Shown here in pieces: positions 40,181 to 48,499 of a stretch of DNA of 64,000 nucleotides (within the stretch, counting starts at the first letter, position 1; the number at the start of each line of letters is the position of its first letter). Both the position numbers and the translations under genes were made by a program. The notes under the pieces are model-generated. The model did not search any database and was not told the origin of the DNA. It saw only the letters and a program-made list of their open reading frames with translations. The stretch is from the NCBI GenBank assembly GCA_963677925.2, contig CAXXYH010000003.1, forward strand, positions 960,001 through 1,024,000, read 5' to 3'. This DNA is from Spirochaetia bacterium. GTDB lineage: Bacteria; Spirochaetota; Spirochaetia; UBA9216.

Positions 40181-40978
40181 CTACTTTGCGATTTGACGGG
40201 AACCGAATGTTACGCCTCCGGTAATTTCAATGGTAGTTCCGTCAATGGCTTCATTATCAACAACATGAAGCATCAGCTTTGCAATTTCTTCAGGAGCTAT
40301 CAGTCTTCCGATATGGACATCCTTCAAAATGGCATTAAGTGCATCCTGATTCATATTTGTCAGCATCGGAGTTCCAACATATCCCGGAGCCAGACCGACT
40401 ACCCTGATATTGCTTATACCCTTCATGTGAAACTCACCTGCAAGCAGCTTCGGCCACATTCCGACTGCTGATTTGGTAGCTGAATAGTTAAGCTGCCCCA
40501 CCTGCCCGATCTTGTTGACTGATGAAATTGTAAACAGAACACCTTCCCATCCGTTATCAACCATGATTGCTGCGGCTTCTCTGAGAGTCAGGAAGGTTCC
40601 TGAAAGATTTATGTTTATTACAGACTGAAAATCATCAAAACTCATTGTCCGTTTAACCTTTCCGGTTTCCTTGTCTGTATTAATCATAAGTCCGTCACGG
40701 ATAATTCCCGCACAGGGAACAACGATATTAACTGAACCATAGGTTTCGGCTGCTTTTTTCATCAGCTCTTTAACCTGATTCTCATCAGTAACGTTTACTG
40801 TAGTACCTGCAGCCTCTCCGCCTGCAGCCTGAATGTCAGCAACAACTCGATCGATGCTCTCCTGGTTTATATCACCAAGAAATACTTTTGCCCCGGCTTT
40901 TGCTATCGTCTTTGCTACGGCCTCACCGATGCCGCTTCCACCGCCTGTAACAACCAGAACTTTTCCCTTAATATCCAT
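40181..40978 (-). CDS. Short-chain dehydrogenase/reductase (FabG/PhaB-like, probably NAD-dependent)
   Basis: TGGGSGIG, LGDIN, AGIIRDG, YSATK, APGYVGT. Confidence 0.9.
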   Translation of the reverse strand: MDIKGKVLVVTGGGSGIGEAVAKTIAKAGAKVFLGDINQESIDRVVADIQAAGGEAAGTTVNVTDENQVKELMKKAAETYGSVNIVVPCAGIIRDGLMINTDKETGKVKRTMSFDDFQSVININLSGTFLTLREAAAIMVDNGWEGVLFTISSVNKIGQVGQLNYSATKSAVGMWPKLLAGEFHMKGISNIRVVGLAPGYVGTPMLTNMNQDALNAILKDVHIGRLIAPEEIAKLMLHVVDNEAIDGTTIEITGGVTFGSRQIAK

Positions 40979-40995
40979 ATAGCCTCCTGTTTATA

Positions 40996-41037
40996 CTGAA
41001 TCACCTCTCATTATAGTGCAGTTTTTATTACTGTCAA
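40996..41037 (-). promoter_or_regulatory. Promoter plus cluster operator copy 4 (SDR-FabH operon)
   Basis: TTGACA(41037-32)-N16-TATAAT(41015-10) overlapping ATGAGAGGTGATTCAG(41011-40996). Confidence 0.85.
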
Positions 41038-41045
41038 GAAAAAAA

Positions 41046-41091
41046 TTGACAGATAAAAGGCTTATGTTATAATAAATGAGAGATGATTCAC
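41046..41091 (+). promoter_or_regulatory. Promoter plus cluster operator copy 5 (thiolase-FabH operon)
   Basis: TTGACA(41046-51)-N16-TATAAT(41068-73, extended TG), then ATGAGAGATGATTCAC(41076-91). Confidence 0.85.
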
Positions 41092-41119
41092 TTATAACTT
41101 AACAAATGGAGGTTAAAAA

Positions 41120-42376
41120 ATGAGTAAAACCTGGATCACAGGTGCCTATAACACCAAATTCGGAACATTCTCTACAAAAAACAGAGAGACCGGCGAGATT
41201 ACAGATAATTACAGTTTTTATGAACTGATTAAGGAAGCGGGTAACGGAGCCCTTGAAGATGCAGGGCTTAACCCTTCCGAAATAGATGCGATTTGGATTG
41301 GGGCCTGTTCCCCCAGTCTGTTTGTAAACCAGGAGCATATCGGCCCCCTTGGACTTGAGGTTAATCCTGATAAATTCCGCTTTCTGCCCACAACAAGAGT
41401 AGAAGGAGCCTGCGCTTCATCTTCACTTGCACTCTATAACGCAATCTACGGAATTGAATCCGGCCGGTTCAAGAGAGTCCTTGTAATCGGTGCGGAGAAG
41501 ATGTCGCTGCTGCCGACCAGGGGAGTAACACATACTCTTGCCTGTTCTTCATACTGGCCTGAGGAAGGCGCAAACGGGATGACCTTTCCAGGGCTCTTCG
41601 CTGAATATGCGAAGGGATATCGCGATCACTATAAACTGGGCGATGAGACACTTGCAGATATGCTTGCAAATGTATCTGCACTTATGTACCGCAATGCTCT
41701 TGACAACCCGCTTGCCCACTTCGGCAAAGGTGCAGTACCGGAAAAGCTGGGCCTTTTTACCGCAGAAGCCATAAAAAACCTGCCTGACGAAAAGAATCCG
41801 ATGATCGCCGAACCGCTTAGACTGCATGACTGCTCGCTGGTTACAGACGGCGCTGCAGCAGTCATTCTTACCAATGAGGAGTTCTCGAAATCTGCATCAA
41901 AGCCGGTTCATGTTGCAGGAATCGCACAGGTTACCGAAAGGCTTCCGATAAGCGTACGACCCAATATGCACGAACTGATCGCAGGGAAAAGGGCTGTAGC
42001 CCAGGCATACGGAGAAGCCGGCATCACAGCTGCTGATGTGGACATTGCCGAAGTTCATGACTGCTTTACCATCAACCAGCTGCTGTGTACCGAAGCACTG
42101 GGATTGTCTGAAGACGGCAAATCGGGTTATGAATACATGGAAGGACGCTTCGACAAGGATGACAGGTGTCCGGTGAACCTGTCCGGCGGCCTGAAGGCAA
42201 AGGGTCATCCGGTAGGGGCTACAGGAGTATCGATGCATGCACTGCTTTATAAACAGCTCTGCGGCGAACCCATCGGTGCTGCACCCTCTGCGGGTACACC
42301 TGAAACTGCTGCAGTCCTGAATGTAGGCGGTTCTGCTGTCACAAACTGTGTTACAGTACTAAGAAGGGAGAGTTAG
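41120..42376 (+). CDS. Thiolase, SCP2/archaeal type (acetyl-CoA acetyltransferase)
   Basis: VEGACASSS, DCSLVTDGAAA, AEVHDCF, SGGLKAKGHPVGATG, LNVGG. Confidence 0.92.
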   Translation: MSKTWITGAYNTKFGTFSTKNRETGEITDNYSFYELIKEAGNGALEDAGLNPSEIDAIWIGACSPSLFVNQEHIGPLGLEVNPDKFRFLPTTRVEGACASSSLALYNAIYGIESGRFKRVLVIGAEKMSLLPTRGVTHTLACSSYWPEEGANGMTFPGLFAEYAKGYRDHYKLGDETLADMLANVSALMYRNALDNPLAHFGKGAVPEKLGLFTAEAIKNLPDEKNPMIAEPLRLHDCSLVTDGAAAVILTNEEFSKSASKPVHVAGIAQVTERLPISVRPNMHELIAGKRAVAQAYGEAGITAADVDIAEVHDCFTINQLLCTEALGLSEDGKSGYEYMEGRFDKDDRCPVNLSGGLKAKGHPVGATGVSMHALLYKQLCGEPIGAAPSAGTPETAAVLNVGGSAVTNCVTVLRRES

Positions 42377-42377
42377 A

Positions 42378-43388
42378 ATGGATGGAGTAATAATTGCCGG
42401 TACAGGGCTCTATGCCCCCGGTGATCCGATCTCAAATGAAGAAGTGCTTAAGCTCGCCGGTGTCGAGTTTGATGCACAGAAGATTGAAGATAAAATCGGC
42501 ATTAAAACAAGGCATATTGCACACCTCAGGGGCCTGGATGAGACTACTGCAGATTTCGCCGAAAAAGCATCAGCAAAAGCCATCGAAGCAGCAGGAATCA
42601 GTCCCGAAGATATTAATCTTTTTATAGTTGCAACAGACACCCCCGAATATATTTCGCCTGCTACTGCCATCCTTGTGCAGGGCCGGCTTCAGAAGGGACA
42701 GCGTAATACCGGAGCCTTTGATATTGCATCTTCATGCGCAAGTTTCACTTCTGCACTGGATGCTGCTGCCAGAATGACAGCCTGCGATCCTGAGATAAAA
42801 TACGCTGTTGTTGCAGGCGTGTACAATATGCCGGCTTTTTTCAGACCGGGGGACGCCTTCGGCTATTCGATTTTTGCCGACGGCGCAGGTGCAGTTGTCC
42901 TTAAAAAATGTACTGATGGTGAAGAAAACAAATATATCACCGGGCATAAACTCGCCGACGGCACCCAATGGGACTATATTGGCGTATATTCCGGCGGAAC
43001 AAGACAGCCGGTAACAAAAGAAAGACTTGATAATGATGAATGGGGGCTTCAGCTTCTTCAGCGGCTTCCGGGTGACCGTAACATAACACTCTGGCCGGAA
43101 TTCACTCTTGAGATGATTGAAAAGGCCGGATATACCGCAGATGAAATAGACCACTATATATTCACACAGATCAATGCCAGTGTGATAAAAGAAGTTATGT
43201 CCATACTTAAGCAGCCGATTGAAAAGGCTGTGATGGTGATGGATAAATACGGATATACCGGCTCCGGCTGCATTCCGATGGCTTTAGCACATGCCATATC
43301 AGAAGGAACAGTTAAACCAGGCGATAAGGTATGCACCGTAGCATCAGGCGCAGGACTCTCGGTCGCCGGGAATATTTTTGTAATCTGA
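42378..43388 (+). CDS. FabH/KAS III-fold enzyme lacking the His/Asn decarboxylation residues
   Basis: AFDIASSCASF (Cys kept), FADGAGAVVL, FTQIN and YGYTG where PHQAN and YGNTS are canonical. Confidence 0.88.
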   Translation: MDGVIIAGTGLYAPGDPISNEEVLKLAGVEFDAQKIEDKIGIKTRHIAHLRGLDETTADFAEKASAKAIEAAGISPEDINLFIVATDTPEYISPATAILVQGRLQKGQRNTGAFDIASSCASFTSALDAAARMTACDPEIKYAVVAGVYNMPAFFRPGDAFGYSIFADGAGAVVLKKCTDGEENKYITGHKLADGTQWDYIGVYSGGTRQPVTKERLDNDEWGLQLLQRLPGDRNITLWPEFTLEMIEKAGYTADEIDHYIFTQINASVIKEVMSILKQPIEKAVMVMDKYGYTGSGCIPMALAHAISEGTVKPGDKVCTVASGAGLSVAGNIFVI

Positions 43389-43446
43389 CCTGAATACTTT
43401 ATTTCTGCCTTCGCGGTTCCTATAATTTAAACATCAGGAGCAAATG

Positions 43447-43677
43447 ATGGCAGACAAAAAAGATAAAGTTGTAGATAATACAGCCGGAAGGTATTATATT
43501 GATTCCGGCTGTATAGCCTGCGGCTTATGTATAAACGAAGCACCGAAGTGCTTTAAAATGACAGAAAGTGAAGACTACGCCTATGTCTGCAGGCAGCCGG
43601 AAAACGAAAAAGAAGAAGCTGACTGCGCTGCAGCGATGGAGATGTGCCCGGTTAATGCTATCGGGAATAACGGCTGA
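43447..43677 (+). CDS. Monocluster ferredoxin
   Basis: CIACGLC...CPVNAI; AGGAG RBS. Confidence 0.9.
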   Translation: MADKKDKVVDNTAGRYYIDSGCIACGLCINEAPKCFKMTESEDYAYVCRQPENEKEEADCAAAMEMCPVNAIGNNG

Positions 43678-43692
43678 AAGGCGGAATAATCA

Positions 43693-44442
43693 ATGTATGA
43701 ACTTATCTCACCCATTTATTCAGAACTTTTTCCTTCAGAAAATCGAAAAACTGAGTTCTGCCTTGCAGAGGCTGAACGTGCAGCAGGTGCAAGTAAGATC
43801 TGCAGAATCCTTGATGTCGGCTGCGCGGACGGAGAACTTGCAGTGCTGCTTGCAGAGGACGGACATAGAGTCACAGGGATCGACCTCAGTACCGAAATGA
43901 TTCAAGCGGCAAAGCTGAGAAAAGCAGATACAGCTGATCGGATTCGGCAACAATTAGATTTTCAAGCAGCAGGAATGAAGGATATATCCTCATTCGGAAG
44001 TTTCGGACTGATATTATGTCTTGGAAACACCCTCCCCCACCTGAGTTCTGAAGATGCAGTAAAAACTTTTTTCAAAGATACACAAAAAAGCCTTCTTACC
44101 GGAGGCATATTCATACTTCAGATTCTGAATTTTGATTTAATTTTGAAAAACAGAAATGTGTCATTTGATGAGATAAAGACAGACCGTCATATCTTCAAGC
44201 GCAGCTATGAATTTACTGCTGATGATCGTATCAACTTTCACATTTCCCTTACTGACAGAAAATCCGGAATGACAGATTCCGACAACACAAAGCTGCTGCC
44301 GTTAACCAGACAGTTTATAGAAACGGAACTTAAGGCGGCAGGCTTTGATATAATAGAAGTTTTCAGCGGTTTTGACAGAATTACAGCGGGCGGCGGTTCC
44401 GCCGGCGGGACAGAGTTTGCCAGAGTTTACCTTGCCAGATAG
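43693..44442 (+). CDS. Class I SAM-dependent methyltransferase
   Basis: ILDVGCADG, GIDLS, CLGNTLPHL. Confidence 0.85.
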   Translation: MYELISPIYSELFPSENRKTEFCLAEAERAAGASKICRILDVGCADGELAVLLAEDGHRVTGIDLSTEMIQAAKLRKADTADRIRQQLDFQAAGMKDISSFGSFGLILCLGNTLPHLSSEDAVKTFFKDTQKSLLTGGIFILQILNFDLILKNRNVSFDEIKTDRHIFKRSYEFTADDRINFHISLTDRKSGMTDSDNTKLLPLTRQFIETELKAAGFDIIEVFSGFDRITAGGGSAGGTEFARVYLAR

Positions 44443-44896
44443 AACTATACTCCTTCATTGCGGCGGCCTTATCAGCAATACAGACAACTAAAGCTTCTGC
44501 TGTAACTGGGGGCATAGGGGTAAGCGGAAACATATGCCGAAGAATAATATCCTTTTCAACCCTGTTAATACTGAAATATCCTGAAGCATTCCGCAGCGCA
44601 ACCATAGGGTGCCGAAAGCCGTGAAAGGGCGGGCATCCTTGATGCCAGTCATACAGATAAAAATCATGAAGCAGTGCCCCTCTGATCAGAGAAACCCGAT
44701 CAACACTGATTTTTGCGGTAATATCAAAGGCAATCTTTGCTACCTTCAGGCTGTGTGAATGACAGCTTATTGTATCATGATGCATATAATCTGCAGTCTG
44801 AAGAAAGAGCCTGTGCTCGAGTATTTCAAGGATCGACTGCTCTTCAAAAAACAACGCAGGTAATGATTTTTGTAATTCCTGGTTTCCCGCTACCAT
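44381..44896 (-). CDS. HD-domain phosphohydrolase
   Basis: HS..VA, GALLHDFYLYDW, HGFRHP, HMFP, CIADK. Confidence 0.85.
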   Translation of the reverse strand: MVAGNQELQKSLPALFFEEQSILEILEHRLFLQTADYMHHDTISCHSHSLKVAKIAFDITAKISVDRVSLIRGALLHDFYLYDWHQGCPPFHGFRHPMVALRNASGYFSINRVEKDIILRHMFPLTPMPPVTAEALVVCIADKAAAMKEYSSIWQGKLWQTLSRRRNRRPL

Positions 44897-45444
44897 CTGA
44901 ATATTCTGTTCAAATTCTCTTTTAACTTCTGAAGTCTCGCTTCAGTAAAAAGGGCGGAGATAACAAGATCTGTAACCATAATAAGTAAAATCATTCTGTT
45001 TAAATAGAAGGCTCCGGAATCTGCAAGTACTGATACAAAGTCTGTAAAAAACGGCAGAATGAAGCGGCTTCCGGCAATACCGATAATAACCCAGCCCATC
45101 GAATATAGAGGACAGACATAACCCATAATATTGAATCGGTTTTCGGAATAATCCCAGTACCTGCGGTCAAAAACCTTCTCAAGTAATATTCCGGCACCAA
45201 GTTCCAGCAGACTGAAGACTGTAAAATAATATACAGCAGCCGTCAGTATTCCATAATGAAAAAGAAGAACCCGGCTTAAATGCATTATCAGTCCCCCAAA
45301 ACCGTAAAGAGGCAGCCAGGGACCATGGAGCATTCCCGGATTTACAATCCTCCTTTCATACAAACTTCTGAATATAAACTCAATAATCCATCCGGTAACT
45401 GAAAACAGAAGAAAATAAATGAAAACAGAATCATCAATCCTCAT
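44890..45444 (-). CDS. Membrane protein, DUF1113/putative ABC permease family
   Basis: GWIIE, NPGMLHGPWLPLYG, RYWDYS, FNIMGYVC. Confidence 0.85.
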   Translation of the reverse strand: MRIDDSVFIYFLLFSVTGWIIEFIFRSLYERRIVNPGMLHGPWLPLYGFGGLIMHLSRVLLFHYGILTAAVYYFTVFSLLELGAGILLEKVFDRRYWDYSENRFNIMGYVCPLYSMGWVIIGIAGSRFILPFFTDFVSVLADSGAFYLNRMILLIMVTDLVISALFTEARLQKLKENLNRIFRW

Positions 45445-46020
45445 TTATTCAAAAACCTCCCGAAAACTGGAATTTCCTATAAAGGAGCGAATATAAAAAT
45501 CGATATCTGACGATACGGAATCTGAATCAAAATCAACCCCTTCTTCTGATATTTTCTTCTCAATTCCGCCTATCATGATCATAAGGCCCTCAATCAGCCT
45601 TCTCTCCTCTTCATCCCTGAGCCGTCCCCGGTCAAAAAAAGAAACAAGCCCCTTTCTGAATACAATATTCAGCTTTATTCTGAAGTCACTGATAACCGGG
45701 AGTTCTGTGCTGATTTCCTTATCTACTATAAACTTCAGCTTGTTTATAAGATTCAGTCTGGCAATAATGAGTTCTCTCAGGCTTTCAAAGAATCTGCTCT
45801 TAGCAGCGGCTTTTATCTCAATTATATGAACCATTGATTTGAGATTTTCATCCAGAACGGCCCTTATAATGCCTTCCTTGTTGCCGAAATTATTGAATAT
45901 AGTGGCACGGGAGACCGATGCTCTTGCAGCGATGTCATCGACCGCAGTTTTGGATATTCCAAACCTGTTAAAAAGATTCTCAGAGACTTTTATTACCTGT
46001 AAATAGACTTCACTCTTCAT
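45445..46020 (-). CDS. TetR/AcrR family regulator
   Basis: LFNRFGISKTAVDDIAARASVSRATIFNNFGNKE HTH. Confidence 0.88.
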   Translation of the reverse strand: MKSEVYLQVIKVSENLFNRFGISKTAVDDIAARASVSRATIFNNFGNKEGIIRAVLDENLKSMVHIIEIKAAAKSRFFESLRELIIARLNLINKLKFIVDKEISTELPVISDFRIKLNIVFRKGLVSFFDRGRLRDEEERRLIEGLMIMIGGIEKKISEEGVDFDSDSVSSDIDFYIRSFIGNSSFREVFE

Positions 46021-46024
46021 ACTC

Positions 46025-46051
46025 TTAGACTAATTTAATCTAAAAGTCTAA
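46025..46051. promoter_or_regulatory. Inverted repeat, probable autoregulatory operator of the adjacent TetR
   Basis: TTAGACT-N13-AGTCTAA, 4 nt before the TetR ATG. Confidence 0.6.
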
Positions 46052-46066
46052 ATAAGTAAAGTAAAA

Positions 46067-48448
46067 TTACTTCCTGTATGCCTTAATAAGTTCAGTGAAT
46101 GAATCAAAAGACAGCGGCCTGGAAAAATGGTACCCCTGGAATTCAATGTTTACACCGCTTTGTTTTATGTATTCGAATTGCTCCTCGGTCTCAACACCTT
46201 CGATTATCAGCCGCTTACCTGCGGAAATTATCATCTGTACTGCAGCATCAAAGAAACTGCAGGCTTCCGAACTCTCCGGAATTTCCAGAATAAATTCACG
46301 ATCAAGTTTTATCACCTGAAAGGGAAGCTTCCTAAGCGAGGCAAGCGAGGAATAACCGGTTCCGAAATCATCCATTGATATTATGAATCCAAGCGCCGAC
46401 AGCCGGCTTATCTTCTCAAATAAAAGATTTCGATCCCGCATAAAAGTAGTTTCAGTAATCTCAAGATGAACCTGATTAAGAGGAATACCAGCCTGCATAG
46501 CAGAATTATGAATTTTACTGATAAACGACCGGGTCTGCAGCTGAACCGGTGAAATATTGACCGAAACAAAAAGATCCGGATTCCGGCTCAGTATTTTTAC
46601 AAAATCTTCGAAGGCTTTATTGTATATCCATTCGCCGAGAACTTCCATAAGACTGGTAGTTTCTGCTATCTCAATAATATCCTGAATCGAGAATCCGCTT
46701 CCGCTGCCGTCCCATCTCAGCAGCGCCTCATATCCCGCAATTCTGTATTCCGATTCGAAGATAGGCTGATAATGAAGATAAAATTCATCCTGAACCAGTG
46801 ATTTTTTCAATGTTTCAGTTATCTGAAGTCTTACCATAGCATCTGTATTAAGTGATTCAGATGAGAAGATATAAGGTGAATCAGATTTCTTGGCATGAAT
46901 GAGGGCCAGCTCAGCATTCTTGTTCAGGACCTCTCCCGTATCACCATCGGAGGGATAAACAGCTATTCCCATATTAATTTCAATATTGATACTCATACTG
47001 TCAATTTTTAGCGGTTCTCTGAATAATCTGAGTATTTTTTCTGCAATTTTAATAACATCGCGTTCACGGCTGACTGCAGTAAGAATAACAGCAAAATTAT
47101 CGCCATTAGTTCTGAACAGTCTATCGGTTTTCCTGATCATATTTTTAATCTGGAAAAATACTATTTCAAGAACCTTATCACCCACTCTGTTTCCGTGAAC
47201 CATATTGATATCACGGAAACGGTTGATATCAATTAGCAGAAGAGAAAAGTAGACCGGCGAAGTAAATCCGCTGTAGCCCTCTGCAATAGAATCCAGAACA
47301 TCAAGATAAATCTTCCTGCTGATCACCGACAAAGCGTATTCAGGTCCGGAGAAGCGTTCATTATACCGGACCTCTGTCGTAATTTCATTTGATTCCTTGA
47401 AGATTCTCAAACTGCCGTTTGAATCACCTGTAAGCAGTGCCTTTTCCCTGATCCATTTTATGCCTTCATCTGTATTTATACGGTATTCTAATAAAAGCTC
47501 AGATTCTGGTGCAAGGCTTTTATAACTTCTGAAAACATAATCAAAATCATCTTCATGTATTGATTCCACCCAGAGTTTATATTTTTCAGCCGGCAATGTT
47601 CTGGTATTCAGCCATATTCGGTCGAAGGTGGAATTGACATATTCAATCTGTTCAGTCTCAGGATCCACGACCCAGCAGACAGCCTCTTTTTTAATGCTTG
47701 AACTTCTGAGATCAAGCTCACCTTTAATGACATTACTGAACACAGAACGTATCCACTCAACGTGTCTTCTGTGCTGGGTATGCCGGTTTCCTGTCAGTGA
47801 AAATATGATAATAAGTGCAAATGTAATAAACATTCTTATGATATTTAAAGGATTACCAAGAGGCTCAACCGTATTCAATGAAGATATAAGAAAATCATCA
47901 AAAATAAGAAAACCTGAAAAGAAAACAGATTCAACAGGAAGTTTGCCGGAATACTCGACAACCTCGAGCATATCGCTTTTTCCGCTCGATACAATTATCA
48001 GAAAGAAGGCTAAAAGAAAAAAAACATACTTAAACAGTGAGGGAATCCCCCAGCTGAGAAGAAATTCCCCGGACGGGCTGTTTGTGATGTCTACAAAATA
48101 TTGAGGTGTTAATAAAATTATCATTAAAAATGCTGCAGTCAAAGCAGAACTTATTATTTTAGCTGTTTTAATATTCGTGAAAAAAATCAGAAAAACAAGA
48201 TAACTCATAATCACAAATGATTTTATCTGATAGATATCGGGAACCGCCCATGGAGTCTCTTTAAGATAGAGCAGCGAACATGAATATACTTCCAGCAAAG
48301 AATAAACTATTGAAACAGCAAAAATTGCAATATAATGGATGTAATTCTTGTTTTTGCTTCTATAAAACAAAATTAGATATGCGGTGGCTACAAATGAAAG
48401 TATTCCAATTAAAAAAACAGGAAACAGCAAAGCAACAAGCTGGTACAT
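46067..48448 (-). CDS. Membrane PAS-GGDEF(degenerate)-EAL protein, probable c-di-GMP phosphodiesterase
   Basis: N-terminal TMs; NGDNF replaces GGDEF; YEALLRW, SVNIS, LEITE, DDFGTGYSS, EGVE intact. Confidence 0.9.
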   Translation of the reverse strand: MYQLVALLFPVFLIGILSFVATAYLILFYRSKNKNYIHYIAIFAVSIVYSLLEVYSCSLLYLKETPWAVPDIYQIKSFVIMSYLVFLIFFTNIKTAKIISSALTAAFLMIILLTPQYFVDITNSPSGEFLLSWGIPSLFKYVFFLLAFFLIIVSSGKSDMLEVVEYSGKLPVESVFFSGFLIFDDFLISSLNTVEPLGNPLNIIRMFITFALIIIFSLTGNRHTQHRRHVEWIRSVFSNVIKGELDLRSSSIKKEAVCWVVDPETEQIEYVNSTFDRIWLNTRTLPAEKYKLWVESIHEDDFDYVFRSYKSLAPESELLLEYRINTDEGIKWIREKALLTGDSNGSLRIFKESNEITTEVRYNERFSGPEYALSVISRKIYLDVLDSIAEGYSGFTSPVYFSLLLIDINRFRDINMVHGNRVGDKVLEIVFFQIKNMIRKTDRLFRTNGDNFAVILTAVSRERDVIKIAEKILRLFREPLKIDSMSINIEINMGIAVYPSDGDTGEVLNKNAELALIHAKKSDSPYIFSSESLNTDAMVRLQITETLKKSLVQDEFYLHYQPIFESEYRIAGYEALLRWDGSGSGFSIQDIIEIAETTSLMEVLGEWIYNKAFEDFVKILSRNPDLFVSVNISPVQLQTRSFISKIHNSAMQAGIPLNQVHLEITETTFMRDRNLLFEKISRLSALGFIISMDDFGTGYSSLASLRKLPFQVIKLDREFILEIPESSEACSFFDAAVQMIISAGKRLIIEGVETEEQFEYIKQSGVNIEFQGYHFSRPLSFDSFTELIKAYRK

Positions 48449-48499
48449 ACTATATATTAATCAGTAATTTTATTGAGTTGTCAACTTTTTTACTTTTTT

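Noticed and set aside
39153-43388. Reading the cluster as a fabH/fabG fatty-acid or PHA biosynthesis locus
   Set aside because: No ACP, FabD, FabZ or PhaC; both FabH triads are non-canonical; the SDR looks NAD-type; the genes are co-regulated with an importer and hydrolases
43447-44442. Ferredoxin and methyltransferase as members of the operator-defined regulon
   Set aside because: A separate TATAAT (43421-43426) and RBS precede the ferredoxin and no operator copy is present; read-through cannot be excluded
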